64,000 nucleotides of DNA from a virus: IMG/VR virus record IMGVR_UViG_3300027754_000067, positions 1 through 64,000 of that record, one strand, 5' to 3'. Positions 9,780 through 19,952 of this stretch are shown one piece after another; positions within the stretch are counted from its first letter, which is position 1; each line of letters opens with the position of its first letter. Below the pieces are notes generated by a model, which was not told where the DNA came from, did not search any database, and was given only the letters and a program-made list of their open reading frames with translations. The position numbers and the translations under genes are program-made.

Positions 9780-9848
9780 ATTTTTGCGGCAAACATCTAA
9801 AAAATAATATTGTTTGACTTCTCCAGCAAGATAGGATAAGGTAAGAAC

Positions 9849-9974
9849 ATGGAAGAAGAAATCTATGATTCTGAATATGATGACTCAATGGATGGAGATC
9901 ATGATTCCTGCATGAATTCTATTGGTTGGGGAGATGATGATGCTTATGGTTCCTGTAATGAGGAAGACTACTGA
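9849..9974 (+). CDS. Small acidic protein (not in ORF track), paralogue of 38571
   Basis: YDDSMDGD.DS.M.S.GWG.D..YG shared; leaderless promoter. Confidence 0.75.
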   Translation: MEEEIYDSEYDDSMDGDHDSCMNSIGWGDDDAYGSCNEEDY

Positions 9975-10032
9975 AATTAAGGCTTGAGTTACATTAAGAA
10001 ACCTGTTAATCTACTTCTAGAGGAAAAAACAA

Positions 10033-10512
10033 ATGCCGAACTGGTGCAACAATCATTTCACGATTTCTCATTCTGATCCTATGATGTTGGAGAAGATGGT
10101 TCAAGCGTCAATTGCTGAAAAGCTTGGTGAAACCTTTGTACCTATTCCAGATTCAGTCCGAGATAATTCCCGTGACTTTTGTGTTGACAATTGGGGAACC
10201 AAGTGGGATTTTGGATGTAAGGATATTTCTACCTTTGGAGATGATATTTACTCAGGATATTTTGATACTGCTTGGGCACCACCCGTGGAATGGTACACTG
10301 CGATGTCAGAGATTGGATTTAGGATTGAGGCACACTGGCATGAAGGAGGGAATGGTTTTGCTGGATCATTTATTGATGGCGAGGTAACGGAATATAATAA
10401 CCTTGACTGTGATTCATTTAAGGAATTGCCGCAGGAGTTTGATGAACTGTTTGGGCTACATGAGCAATATCAGCCAGAAGAAGAGTCATTCGACTCAGAA
10501 GATATCCCCTGA
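10033..10512 (+). CDS. YubB/Api92-like ferredoxin-fold phage protein
   Basis: MPNWCNN, NWGTKWD and FDTAWAPP motifs. Confidence 0.7.
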   Translation: MPNWCNNHFTISHSDPMMLEKMVQASIAEKLGETFVPIPDSVRDNSRDFCVDNWGTKWDFGCKDISTFGDDIYSGYFDTAWAPPVEWYTAMSEIGFRIEAHWHEGGNGFAGSFIDGEVTEYNNLDCDSFKELPQEFDELFGLHEQYQPEEESFDSEDIP

Positions 10513-10682
10513 TAGACCGCCACCAGAGTCTCTATAGGGCATTCTTTTGCTTATCACGAAACATCCCACAAGACAGGCAGCAAACCTCCTAGAGAGTCTC
10601 TAAAGAGGATTTAATATAGCTGCGGCGAACACTTTAAAATTAAATCATTGACTTCTTCAGCAAGATAGGATATAACAAAAGC

Positions 10683-10943
10683 ATGATTAGCAACGAAGAG
10701 TTTTATGCAAAGGTTCTCCGTGGTGAATATACTCACTCTGACGGTAGCAGAACAATCATGCTAGCTTGGGATGATATGGATTACTACAATCCAGAAACAA
10801 AAGAATTCTCTTGCCCAAACAGAATTGACTTTACTAGTTGGATTTATGAAGGCCATAACGGTTATTTTCAAGAACGTTATGGTAGCGTTGGTTCTCAAGG
10901 ATCTATGCTTTTGATTACACTTGGCCCACCAAAGCGTGAGTAA
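10683..10943 (+). CDS. Hypothetical protein
   Basis: Leaderless promoter; 86 aa. Confidence 0.7.
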   Translation: MISNEEFYAKVLRGEYTHSDGSRTIMLAWDDMDYYNPETKEFSCPNRIDFTSWIYEGHNGYFQERYGSVGSQGSMLLITLGPPKRE

Positions 10944-10993
10944 AATTAAATCTTTGACATCTCCAGCAAGATAGGATAGGATAGGATAAGAGC

Positions 10994-11590
10994 ATGAAAA
11001 AGATCTCTGTAAAGGCTCTTAAAGAGATTCTGGATCTGCACAAGCTCTGGCTTGAGACTGACAACAAACAAGGTAAGTGTGCATTTCTTGCAAATGTAAA
11101 CCTTGCAAATGTAAACCTTGCAAATGTAAACCTATCTTTTGTAAACCTTGAAGATACAAACCTCACGGGTGCAAACCTCACGGGTGCAAACCTTGAAGAT
11201 ACAAACCTCACGGGTGCAAACCTTGAAGATACAAACCTCACGGGTGCAAACCTCACGGGTGCAGACCTCTATTGTGCAAACCTCGGTGGTGCAAACCTCC
11301 GTGGTGCAAACCTATCAGGTGCAAACCTCTATTGTGCATATTTGAATAATGCGATTGGTTTGCCTGATATTTCATGGATTGAACCGGGCGTTCTCGTTCA
11401 ATTGAACAATGTTTATGATGGTTTTTCTGTGGATAAGGAGTGTAAACGGGATAACTTCATTCAAGACAGCATTGGGATGTTTATTCAGAATAATCCTGAA
11501 AATAAAACTATTGATATGCTTGTTGGAGATCGGATTATCAGGAATATTCCCGATTGGGTCAAGTATTCTGGAATGAAGAAGGTTGTTTGA
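10994..11590 (+). CDS. Pentapeptide-repeat protein, C-terminal module type A
   Basis: A/V/T-NLxx repeats; C-terminus shared with 5396. Confidence 0.9.
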   Translation: MKKISVKALKEILDLHKLWLETDNKQGKCAFLANVNLANVNLANVNLSFVNLEDTNLTGANLTGANLEDTNLTGANLEDTNLTGANLTGADLYCANLGGANLRGANLSGANLYCAYLNNAIGLPDISWIEPGVLVQLNNVYDGFSVDKECKRDNFIQDSIGMFIQNNPENKTIDMLVGDRIIRNIPDWVKYSGMKKVV

Positions 11591-11661
11591 CTTTTTGCGG
11601 CAAACACAATAAAAAAACAATATTGTTTGACTTCTGATTCAAGATAGGGTAAGGTAAGGCC

Positions 11662-11865
11662 ATGAAGACGACGAACTACACGGTTTATGTTGCTGCTAAC
11701 TCTGATTGCATTTGGACTGATCAGGGAGTGACTATTGATCTGGAGGAAGCAAAGCTTGGAGCAAGGGTGCTGCATGATCTTATCTTTGCTCACGTCATGA
11801 TTCAGGATGATGACGGGAACCTTGTGCAATTCCTGCACGCCAACAATCATCAGAAGCTTAACTGA
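11662..11865 (+). CDS. Hypothetical protein
   Basis: Leaderless promoter. Confidence 0.7.
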   Translation: MKTTNYTVYVAANSDCIWTDQGVTIDLEEAKLGARVLHDLIFAHVMIQDDDGNLVQFLHANNHQKLN

Positions 11866-11890
11866 CTTGATTAAAAGGAGAAAATAAATT

Positions 11891-12151
11891 ATGGCACGAG
11901 GAAAGCTTAATCGGGATAAGCAGACAAAAGTCCGGGAACTTCCCGGTGATCTGAATCTTGTTTGGAAAATTGCAATGCTAGAAAAAAAGAATTATCTGGA
12001 AGGAGCCCAGCCAGATGATTTAGGATTTGAAATCGAGCAAGCCAAATCATATAGGAAAATTATTGCGGAAAAAGCCAAACGACGATTCCGTAATTCAGAA
12101 GAAAAAGAAATCCAAGAAGAAATTGATCTAGATCAAGACGATTCTGATTGA
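11891..12151 (+). CDS. Hypothetical protein
   Basis: AAGGAG RBS; 86 aa. Confidence 0.7.
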   Translation: MARGKLNRDKQTKVRELPGDLNLVWKIAMLEKKNYLEGAQPDDLGFEIEQAKSYRKIIAEKAKRRFRNSEEKEIQEEIDLDQDDSD

Positions 12152-12204
12152 TTCCAAGCCAGCAACCTGTTATAACTGATCTAACAAAGGAAACGGAAAC
12201 AAAA

Positions 12205-12381
12205 ATGAATAAAGCCAATGTCAACAAGGTCCATATGTTTAGTGATGCTATTTTCTCGAAGAAGGTTACGGCCTGTGGACTAGGGGTAAGCAAGGGTAAT
12301 CTTACAAAGATCACTCGAAATCCGACGCATCTGACTTGTGGTAATTGCAATCGGGTAAAGGTTGTAAAGAACGGTAGCTGA
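12205..12381 (+). CDS. Small Cys/His protein, paralogue of 24147
   Basis: K.HMF...T.CGL...C.NC. Confidence 0.65.
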   Translation: MNKANVNKVHMFSDAIFSKKVTACGLGVSKGNLTKITRNPTHLTCGNCNRVKVVKNGS

Positions 12382-12442
12382 ATTTAAAAAGATTGACACG
12401 GCAATCAAGTTTCAATATAATTGAACTCAAGAAAGATAAAAA

Positions 12443-12736
12443 ATGAATAAAAACAATATCTCATTACGTATTCTTGTCGCTGCTATTATTATCTCAATGG
12501 GTTCCCTAAATCTTATGGCTTGTGCAGGGATTAACCAATTGGGTGTGCGTTCAGCCAATGACCTGAATTGCCCCGAATCAGAGATCCATATCACCGATAT
12601 TGGAGCGCATGCATTTCAGGCTGTCGGGTGTGGCCGTCGAGCAACATATGTATGTGATAATCATGCTCCTGCTGGCTCTTTTATCCAAGATATCCGATGT
12701 ACTCGTGAAGCAGAGATGGGGTCTAATAACCATTAA
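12443..12736 (+). CDS. Putative Cys-rich lipoprotein
   Basis: Signal peptide with LMAC lipobox; several Cys. Confidence 0.7.
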   Translation: MNKNNISLRILVAAIIISMGSLNLMACAGINQLGVRSANDLNCPESEIHITDIGAHAFQAVGCGRRATYVCDNHAPAGSFIQDIRCTREAEMGSNNH

Positions 12737-12816
12737 CCAGATAATTTACTGCAAGAAAAGTTTGACACGGCATTCAACTTCTGATATAACTGGATTCAAG
12801 AAAGGTTCAAGGAAAC

Positions 12817-13056
12817 ATGAAGACGATCAAGGCCAAGGTTTTCAAGCTGGGTTCTCATGCGGTTACTCTGTGTGATGTGATTCATCCAGAGGTTGACGAT
12901 GATGGTTGTCCCCAGTTTGCTCTTCGGATGGGAGAGAAGGTTCACATTTCGAGTGTGGAGCCTTTGATGGTTCGGAATCTTGAGGGTTTTTCATTTGTGG
13001 TTGATCCAGAGTTTATTCATGCGATGAAGGGTCGTCCGGTAAAGATTCTGGGTTGA
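12817..13056 (+). CDS. KGRP-motif family protein
   Basis: FKLGSHAV...SSVEPL...MKGRP; followed by the pseudoknot motif. Confidence 0.8.
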   Translation: MKTIKAKVFKLGSHAVTLCDVIHPEVDDDGCPQFALRMGEKVHISSVEPLMVRNLEGFSFVVDPEFIHAMKGRPVKILG

Positions 13057-13151
13057 TTTAAGGGATCACGGTGGGGAGCGCATACCGATTGAATCACGCC
13101 CAAGAACAGAAGCCAAGTTTTGCGGCAAACACCTAAAAATTAATACATTGC

Positions 13152-13890
13152 ATGAATAATAGTAAACCATGTTTCACTCTTCACGAAGACGAAACAATAT
13201 CTCCAGAATATAAATGGTGCCCAAACTGTGGCTATAATGCAATGATTATAACTTGGCATTCTAAATTAGGAAAGCGTTATCGATGTATCTGTGGCTTGCA
13301 TGGTAGATTTGGTGATGGATTAGAAGAACCTAAATTCGAACAAGAAATTTAATCCTTTGACAAATCCAGTAAGATAGGATAAGGTAAGACCATGAACCAC
13401 AACAAGATGCAAGAGTTGGCAACCAAGAACAATTTTGGTTACATTCAGTGGGAAGAAAAGATTGCTCTCAACACTGGGAAGCCGATGGAAGTAGGTTATG
13501 TCTGGATTGATGGACATCGTGAATTGTTCTGCAAGCGAAGCATGAACACAGAATTTCGTCTATGCAATCAATTCGATGTGCTTGCACAAGTAAGCGTTTG
13601 ACAAATCCAGTAAGATAAGATATAAGGGAACCATGAGCAACCCATTTCAAACCACGGTTACTGTTGAGCATCTTACTAGGATTACCATTCGTAATCTCTT
13701 CAATGTAGTCATTGAAGATAATCAGGATGGGCATTCTGTATTTTACTTGCATACGGCAACGCATGATGCTTTTACCGCTGATGCTGCCCTAGAACAGATT
13801 CGTTTGCAAAAGATCGGGAAGCATGCTTACGTTTATTTTAGGAATAATGGGAATACGTTAAATCAGGTAAACGAACTTATCCGAGTTTGA
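13152..13890 (+). CDS. Three small hypothetical proteins (13152-13352, 13392-13601, 13633-13890)
   Basis: Co-oriented ORFs; the latter two start at leaderless promoters. Confidence 0.65.
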
Positions 13891-13944
13891 AAGTATCGAA
13901 ACAAAAACTTTGACTTCTCCAACCAAATAGGGTAAGGTAAGAAC

Positions 13945-14640
13945 ATGAAAAAGATCACTGCAACGGAACTGAAGAGCATTCTTGCAAACCACAAGCTTTG
14001 GATTGATACCAATGGTAAACAAGGAAACTTTGCAAACCTCCGTGGTGCATACCTCGGGGGTGCAAACCTCTCGTATGCAAACCTATCGTGTGTAAACCTC
14101 CGTGATGCAGACCTTACGAGTGCAGACCTTACGAGTGCAGACCTCACGGGTGCAGACCTCACGGGTGCAAGCCTCATCCTTGCAAACCTCGAAGGTGCAG
14201 ACCTCCGTGGTGCAAACCTCCGTGGTGCAAACCTCGAAGGTGCAAACCTCGAAGGTGCAAACCTCCAATGGGCAAACCTCCAATGGGCAAACCTTACTGG
14301 CACGATTATTGATAAGAAGAAAGAACAAGGAACCACAATGATTCTGTCAGAAGAAGAAACTGCTGCTATTCTCAAGATGCGAGCCGATAAGGTCAATAAA
14401 GCCAAGATCGATGCAAGAGATATTGTGATTGAAGTTATTACTCTTGTTACACTCGAACTTTCAAACAATCGACCAAGTAACACACTTATCATGCGAACTG
14501 ATGATTGTGATGAAGATATTGGTTCAGAAAACCTAGAAACCATTTCTCAGATTTTGGATCTCATGGGAGTGAAGTTCTTGGCACTTACTGCAAATCGACG
14601 AGCAATCACTTTTGACTACAAGAAGCTTAATAGCCTTTGA
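13945..14640 (+). CDS. Pentapeptide-repeat protein with a unique C-terminal domain
   Basis: [10 protein letters not shown]...HKLW head, A(N/D)Lxx repeats, distinct tail of about 110 aa. Confidence 0.9.
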   Translation: MKKITATELKSILANHKLWIDTNGKQGNFANLRGAYLGGANLSYANLSCVNLRDADLTSADLTSADLTGADLTGASLILANLEGADLRGANLRGANLEGANLEGANLQWANLQWANLTGTIIDKKKEQGTTMILSEEETAAILKMRADKVNKAKIDARDIVIEVITLVTLELSNNRPSNTLIMRTDDCDEDIGSENLETISQILDLMGVKFLALTANRRAITFDYKKLNSL

Positions 14641-14694
14641 ATCTATCGAAACAAAACCTTTGACATTCTGATCGAACCAAGGTATAACAAGACC

Positions 14695-15384
14695 ATGAAG
14701 ACGACGAACAAGTGGGTTGCTGGTAACGCTAAGCTGAACAAGGTTACGGGTGATAACGGGGAGTATCGGATTATTGGGTTTGGTATTCCTGCTGATATGG
14801 ATTTCATGGAAGGGAAGCGCAAGCGCAATACTTGCCCCGGTGCTAAGGAGTGTCGTGATGTTTGTTATGCCAAGCAGGGAATGTATGTTTTCCCGAATGT
14901 CAAGAATGCTCGTAATCTTTCGCTAGAGCAGACTCTTGACGGTAGCTTCACTCAAAACATGATTGAGGATCTTTACAAGTTTTCGGCCAAGGGGATTAAC
15001 ACGGTTCGGATTCACGATTCTGGTGATTTTTATTCTCAGAAGTACCTTGACAAGTGGTTTAACATTGCACGTTCGATGCCTTGGATGAAGTTTTATGCCT
15101 ATACCAAGGCTATGAATCTGGATCTTTGGACTGATAAGCCTGACAATATGCAGATTATTCAGTCTCTTGGTGGTCGATGGGACAGCAAAGTTGACCTTAG
15201 CAAGCCTCATTCTCGGATTTTCACTGATGATGATTCTCGGATTGCGAATGGTTATGCTGATGGAAATGCAAATGATGCGCCAGCGATTGAGGGAGTGATT
15301 AAGATTGGTCTGGTTTATCATGGCAGCAAGCGCATGACTCCTGTGCAGAGCAAGCACTTCCGACTCCCTGTTGTTGCTTCCTAA
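14695..15384 (+). CDS. Gp88-like (radical-SAM-related) phage protein
   Basis: TCPGA..C...CYA, RIHDSGDF and YAYTK motifs. Confidence 0.75.
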   Translation: MKTTNKWVAGNAKLNKVTGDNGEYRIIGFGIPADMDFMEGKRKRNTCPGAKECRDVCYAKQGMYVFPNVKNARNLSLEQTLDGSFTQNMIEDLYKFSAKGINTVRIHDSGDFYSQKYLDKWFNIARSMPWMKFYAYTKAMNLDLWTDKPDNMQIIQSLGGRWDSKVDLSKPHSRIFTDDDSRIANGYADGNANDAPAIEGVIKIGLVYHGSKRMTPVQSKHFRLPVVAS

Positions 15385-15480
15385 TAGCCTCTAGAGAGGC
15401 ATCCAAGAGATCGGAGCATGACAAGGTGCTCCTTTCTCTTGGGTGCCGTTGGGTGGTCTATTAGATGGCAAAAATAGTGG

Positions 15481-15509
15481 TTGACAATTGTTGCGGCAAT
15501 CACTATAAT
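15481..15509 (+). promoter_or_regulatory. Perfect-consensus sigma70 promoter with no downstream ORF
   Basis: TTGACA-N17-TATAAT; the spacer contains TTGCGGCAA. Confidence 0.85.
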
Positions 15510-15541
15510 GTTCTCAAGTTGAAACATTAACAAAAACAAAT

Positions 15542-15676
15542 TGATCTCTTTTAGAAGGGCTAGACGTGTGTCTTGATCAACCTGTTTGTGGTAATCTGAT
15601 CAATAACCTAAAACAGACACGCAGAGTTTAGCTACCTCTGGAGCATATCACTTTCCAGCCTTTCTAAAAAAGATCA
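15542..15676 (+). ncRNA. Candidate structured ncRNA
   Basis: Closing stem of about 20 bp (15542-15561/15657-15676) enclosing internal helices; no ORF; directly behind the consensus promoter. Confidence 0.55.
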
Positions 15677-15721
15677 CTGAAATCCTTTGACAACCACAAC
15701 AAGATAGGATAAAGTAAAAAC

Positions 15722-16129
15722 ATGAAGACGATCACCGAGACGGAATTGAAGGATATTCTCAATAAGCATCTTGAATGGATTGACAGTGATGGAGCTCGTG
15801 GTGCTTGTGCAAACCTAAACGAAATGCAGCTTTCTGGTTTGGATTTGTCAGGGTTTGAGCTTGAAGGTGCAAGCCTTTATAATGCTGATCTGTCTGGTTC
15901 AAACCTTGAAGGGACTGATTTTTACGAGGCTTGCATGGTTGGTGTAAACCTTACAGGAGCAAACCTGCGTGATGCAATCTTGCATGACGTAGACTTTGCT
16001 GGAGCAGACCTCACAGGAGCAGACCTTACAGGTGCAGACCTGATCTATGCAAATCTAGAAGGTGCCATCCTCACAGGTGCTATCCTCACCGATGCCATTC
16101 TGGATGGCACTGTTCTCCTTCCTGATTGA
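15722..16129 (+). CDS. Pentapeptide-repeat protein (divergent, no tail)
   Basis: Same head motif; repeats with divergent codons. Confidence 0.85.
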   Translation: MKTITETELKDILNKHLEWIDSDGARGACANLNEMQLSGLDLSGFELEGASLYNADLSGSNLEGTDFYEACMVGVNLTGANLRDAILHDVDFAGADLTGADLTGADLIYANLEGAILTGAILTDAILDGTVLLPD

Positions 16130-16195
16130 TCCATTCTAAAACAATCCACAAATTAATCCTTTGACAAATCCAGCAAGATAGGATAAGGTAAGAAC

Positions 16196-16579
16196 ATGAA
16201 GAAGTACATTCCTTGTGGAACATCTACTCATATCAGCACGTCTGGGTTCATCAATTATTTTGGTAATTCTACTGAGACCATTGATCAAATGGTAAACCGT
16301 GTATTTAAGGAAACACCAAACAGTGTTGTAATTAATGGTACTGACAATTGGTATGCCAATACATTTGCCAAGCCAGAAGCTGTGTTCAATGAACACTTTA
16401 AAATGAGCAAAGAGCCTATCGCTTTTTTCCATACTGGTACCAGCGGCATTAGTTCAACTGGTATTGTTATTGCAATCGAAGATTATAATGCTTTGAGTAA
16501 GGCATATCAAGAAAAATACGGATTTGCCATGGATAAAAAGATGAAGATTTACTTTGACAAATCCAGCAACAAAGGGTAA
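16196..16579 (+). CDS. Hypothetical protein
   Basis: Leaderless promoter; 127 aa. Confidence 0.75.
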   Translation: MKKYIPCGTSTHISTSGFINYFGNSTETIDQMVNRVFKETPNSVVINGTDNWYANTFAKPEAVFNEHFKMSKEPIAFFHTGTSGISSTGIVIAIEDYNALSKAYQEKYGFAMDKKMKIYFDKSSNKG

Positions 16580-16588
16580 GGTAAAAGT

Positions 16589-16946
16589 GTCAACTACTCA
16601 CAGGACTAGCCTGTGAGCTTGCAAATAGTTTTTAAAGCTATTCACGATTGGCCTGTTGACTTTGGCCTGCCCATAAGTCAAGTTGGCGAAGCCAACTTGT
16701 GATACAGGGTGTTTTGCTGCTTGCAAAAGCAGCAAATTATCCTTTTAAATAACTGTTTTAACCATTCTTTTTGGGAATGGTGCCTTCGAGGATAAACATA
16801 GTTAAAATGGTTTGATAAACAAATTCATATTAACTATACTTTAGATATAGTGTTTTTGGAGTTAAAAAATGTATAAAATTACTTTTCGGAAAATTGATTC
16901 GCATTCCTCCCACGGGACAAGCCCGTGGGTTTCCTGCTCATGAAAT
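16589..16946 (+). mobile_element. Non-autonomous 358-bp IS200/IS605-family element (IscB/IsrB omegaRNA-like ends, no ORF)
   Basis: GTCAACTA-CTCACAGG/CCTGTGAG-CTTG left hairpin; CCCACGGG/CCCGTGGG right hairpin; no target duplication; removing it restores TAAGGT-6nt-ATG. Confidence 0.8.
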
Positions 16947-17273
16947 ATGAAAGCAGAAGATCACGAGGAACTTACAGAAATTTACGAGCAGATGCAGGAG
17001 CTAGTACACCGTGCAGAAATGATTATGGTGCGTGAAGGTGGCATTGTTTATGAGCAAGCAAGGGGTTATTGGCTTGCCAGTTTTAAAACTGCTCTTTCAA
17101 AGGATCATAGTTATATTGGCGGCTGTATGTTTACAATGCAGGATGCCGTTGATCACACATTAATTGATGAAGATGATGATGAGGATATTGATGACGATAT
17201 TGATGAAGATGAAGCTGAATATTGTGACGATGCTGATGAAGATGATGACGATGATCTTTTGCCGGAAGATTGA
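16947..17273 (+). CDS. Hypothetical protein with acidic tail, paralogue of 39710
   Basis: DHEELTEI.E.M.ELV...REGGI.YE.A.GYWLA shared. Confidence 0.8.
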   Translation: MKAEDHEELTEIYEQMQELVHRAEMIMVREGGIVYEQARGYWLASFKTALSKDHSYIGGCMFTMQDAVDHTLIDEDDDEDIDDDIDEDEAEYCDDADEDDDDDLLPED

Positions 17274-17319
17274 TGAATAATCCTTTGACAAATCCAACCA
17301 GATAGGATAAGGTAAGAGC

Positions 17320-19080
17320 ATGAAGTTCAAGTCGCATCCCGTGGATACCAATGGCATGTGTCTGATTACCTATATTGATGGTGTAAAGATGCAAGATATT
17401 ATTGATAATTTTCCTTCTGGAAAGATGGAAGGTTATTATGAGCCTGAAAAGGGATATCATGGGGATTATGAGGTAGGCTTTGTCGAGGAAGTATCAGGAG
17501 CAACCTATTATGTTTATTCCCGATTTGGGGAAGTTCGTATTGGTGGTTATGATCCTGGCGATATGATTAGGACTGAAGAGCTTACTAACTTTATTGTCTC
17601 CAGTGTGCATTCTTCTTGACGGAATAACAAAAACAATCTATAACATCACTCGAAGGGAAACAAAAACATGGCTCAGAACTACATGCAATTTTCAGAAGTT
17701 ATTGACAATCTCACTGTCGAGGAGCATGATTGGTTTAAGAAGGCTCTTGCCTTGAATGATGATGGTTGTTATGATGATGGTGTAGAGCCTCCTGCATGGT
17801 GGGATGACAGTACAGAATCCTTTGGCTTTGAATATGATTTGGGTCAAAGCGAGATTCAGTTTTACTCTGAGGAGTATGGCAATATTAATTCTGTGCAAGC
17901 ATTGGTTAGTGAGTTTATCAGTTTGTTCCGCAAGGATTATGTTTTTACTCTATCTTGGTCTGAATCTTGCAGTAAGATGCGTGTTGGGGAGTTTGGTGGT
18001 GGTGGGATGATTGTTACTCTGGATGAGACAAGGTTTCAGAATGTTTGGGGATGGCTACAATCAGAGAAGAAGCGGATTACTGAATCACGGCTTTCCGAGA
18101 GCCTCTAATAGCCTCTGGAGAGGAAGCAAACGAACGGGGATGAGTCATTGTGGCTTATCCCTGTTTTGCTGTTTGTGGGTCATTTAGAAGAATTGCGGCA
18201 ATTATTCAATGGAATAATAATCTTGATCTATTTGGTTTGTTATGCTATAACAATAGCATGAGCAACAGGAAAGAAGATCATGATCAATCAGGGCGCAAGC
18301 AATGCGTTAATTGTTTGAGGTTTGAGGATTTAAGGTTATTGCGTTATGGCAAGGCATTAATTCCAGTTCATAAGATTAATTGGGTAAAGATCATTGGTAT
18401 TCCAGGAACCAAAGGTGAGGGAAAGAGGTTTCCATCAGGAAGCAATCTTTGTTTGGATTGTATGTTTTGTTTTGAAGCAGTTGAGTAAGTTTTGCGGCAA
18501 ACATATTAAAAATAATATTGCTTGACTTCTCCAGTAAGATAAGATAAGATAGGATAGAATAAGAACATGAGTGAACGATATAATATAAGTGATAAGGTCA
18601 CTGTAAACAAGGATATTTACCGAATCGATCATATCAGTCGTGCTAAGGTTCTATATGCATCTTTAGGAGAGATTGGCACGATTATTGAAATCTTTCGTCC
18701 ACAACCAACTGCTGGTGGCGGATATGTCAAAACTCCATTTTATGCAAAAGTAAAGATGGATGTTTGTAATGGAATTAAAACTTTCCGGCTAACTTCTTTG
18801 TCTAGAGTAGTGTAGGAACATGATTAAGAAGCAAAACAAGGATAAGCTGGTTGCAGCTGCTCTTCGTCAACAAGCAAGAATGTTGATTGAAAACCCAGGT
18901 TTGGCAACCCTTGAGGAAGCACAATGTTTGGATCGTGCTTTGCGTTCTTGTAAAGCTATTGGTGGTTCTGATATTGTTTGGCCTCGTTGGGTTGTTTACT
19001 CTGAGAGGCATGGATGGAATACTGAAGTTGAGCAAAAGTTTAACCCTAAATGGGGTTATTATTATCCAGAAAAGCTTTGA
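17320..19080 (+). CDS. Five hypothetical proteins (17320-17619, 17668-18108, 18258-18488, 18567-18815, 18820-19080)
   Basis: Co-oriented ORFs, most with their own promoter. Confidence 0.7.
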
Positions 19081-19111
19081 TTTCCCTGAAACCTCCTGAT
19101 AGGATAGAAAC

Positions 19112-19396
19112 ATGAATATTGGATCTTTGTATCAGGTTAAGAAGCATTCTTGGTTATTGTTTCCAACAAAGGAACTCGTAACCTACTACCCCTCCGTCGT
19201 CGGCTACGCCGATGCCGCTTGGTACGCCGCTAGGTACAGCTGCAATGTGACTTATTTTTCTCCAGATTCCTTTGTTGTATTTCTTGAAGAAGATGGAATG
19301 CTCAAGAAGTTTCTAACTTCAGAAGGTTTGATTGGTTGGACTCGGTTTGGTGAAGATGAAAGTTATAACGAAAGCTTTGAAGAAGTGAAGCCATGA
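19112..19396 (+). CDS. IGSLY family protein, tandem paralogue A
   Basis: Near-identical flanks to 19393 with a variable GC-rich central loop. Confidence 0.8.
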   Translation: MNIGSLYQVKKHSWLLFPTKELVTYYPSVVGYADAAWYAARYSCNVTYFSPDSFVVFLEEDGMLKKFLTSEGLIGWTRFGEDESYNESFEEVKP

Positions 19397-19725
19397 ACAT
19401 TGGATCTTTGTATCAGGTTAAGAAGCGTTTTTGGTTATTGTTTCCAACAAAGGAAATCGTTACCCGGCGAGCCGCCGAAGCTGGTGCCCTCACCGACGCT
19501 GACAGCATCACCGGCTACGCCAATAACGAAAATGCAGTTTGGTACGCCGCTAGGTATAGCAGGCTGTATAACTGCAATGTGACTTATTTTTCTCATGATA
19601 CCTTTGTTGTATTTCTTGAAGAAGATGGAAAGTTCAAGAAAGTCTTGACTTCTGAAGGTTTGATTGGTTGGACTCAGTTTAATGAAGCTTGGCTTGGATG
19701 CTTTGAAGAAGTGAAAAGCGAATAA
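19393..19725 (+). CDS. IGSLY family protein, tandem paralogue B
   Basis: As above; ATGA overlap. Confidence 0.8.
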   Translation: MNIGSLYQVKKRFWLLFPTKEIVTRRAAEAGALTDADSITGYANNENAVWYAARYSRLYNCNVTYFSHDTFVVFLEEDGKFKKVLTSEGLIGWTQFNEAWLGCFEEVKSE

Positions 19726-19952
19726 TCCCTTGACTTCTCCATAACGTTCTGATAGGATAGAAACATGAGTGAAGAACGGAAAGAGGCAATCTATGAGGTT
19801 GCAATGGCGATTCGCAGTCCTTTGATGATGATGTGCGCTCCAGAAAGAGTAAGGATTATGGCTCTTGCTGTCGAACATAGCATCACCGCAGCAGAGCTTT
19901 TGGAGTTCTTCTCTATTAAGAAGGCTCGCAAAACATAAAAAGGAACTATAAC

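Noticed and set aside
16184-16189. TAAGG(T) before ATG read as a Shine-Dalgarno sequence
   Set aside because: The same slot is TATAGT, TATAAC, TAGAGT or TATTCT in other genes and is always 17 nt from TTGAC, so it is a -10 box
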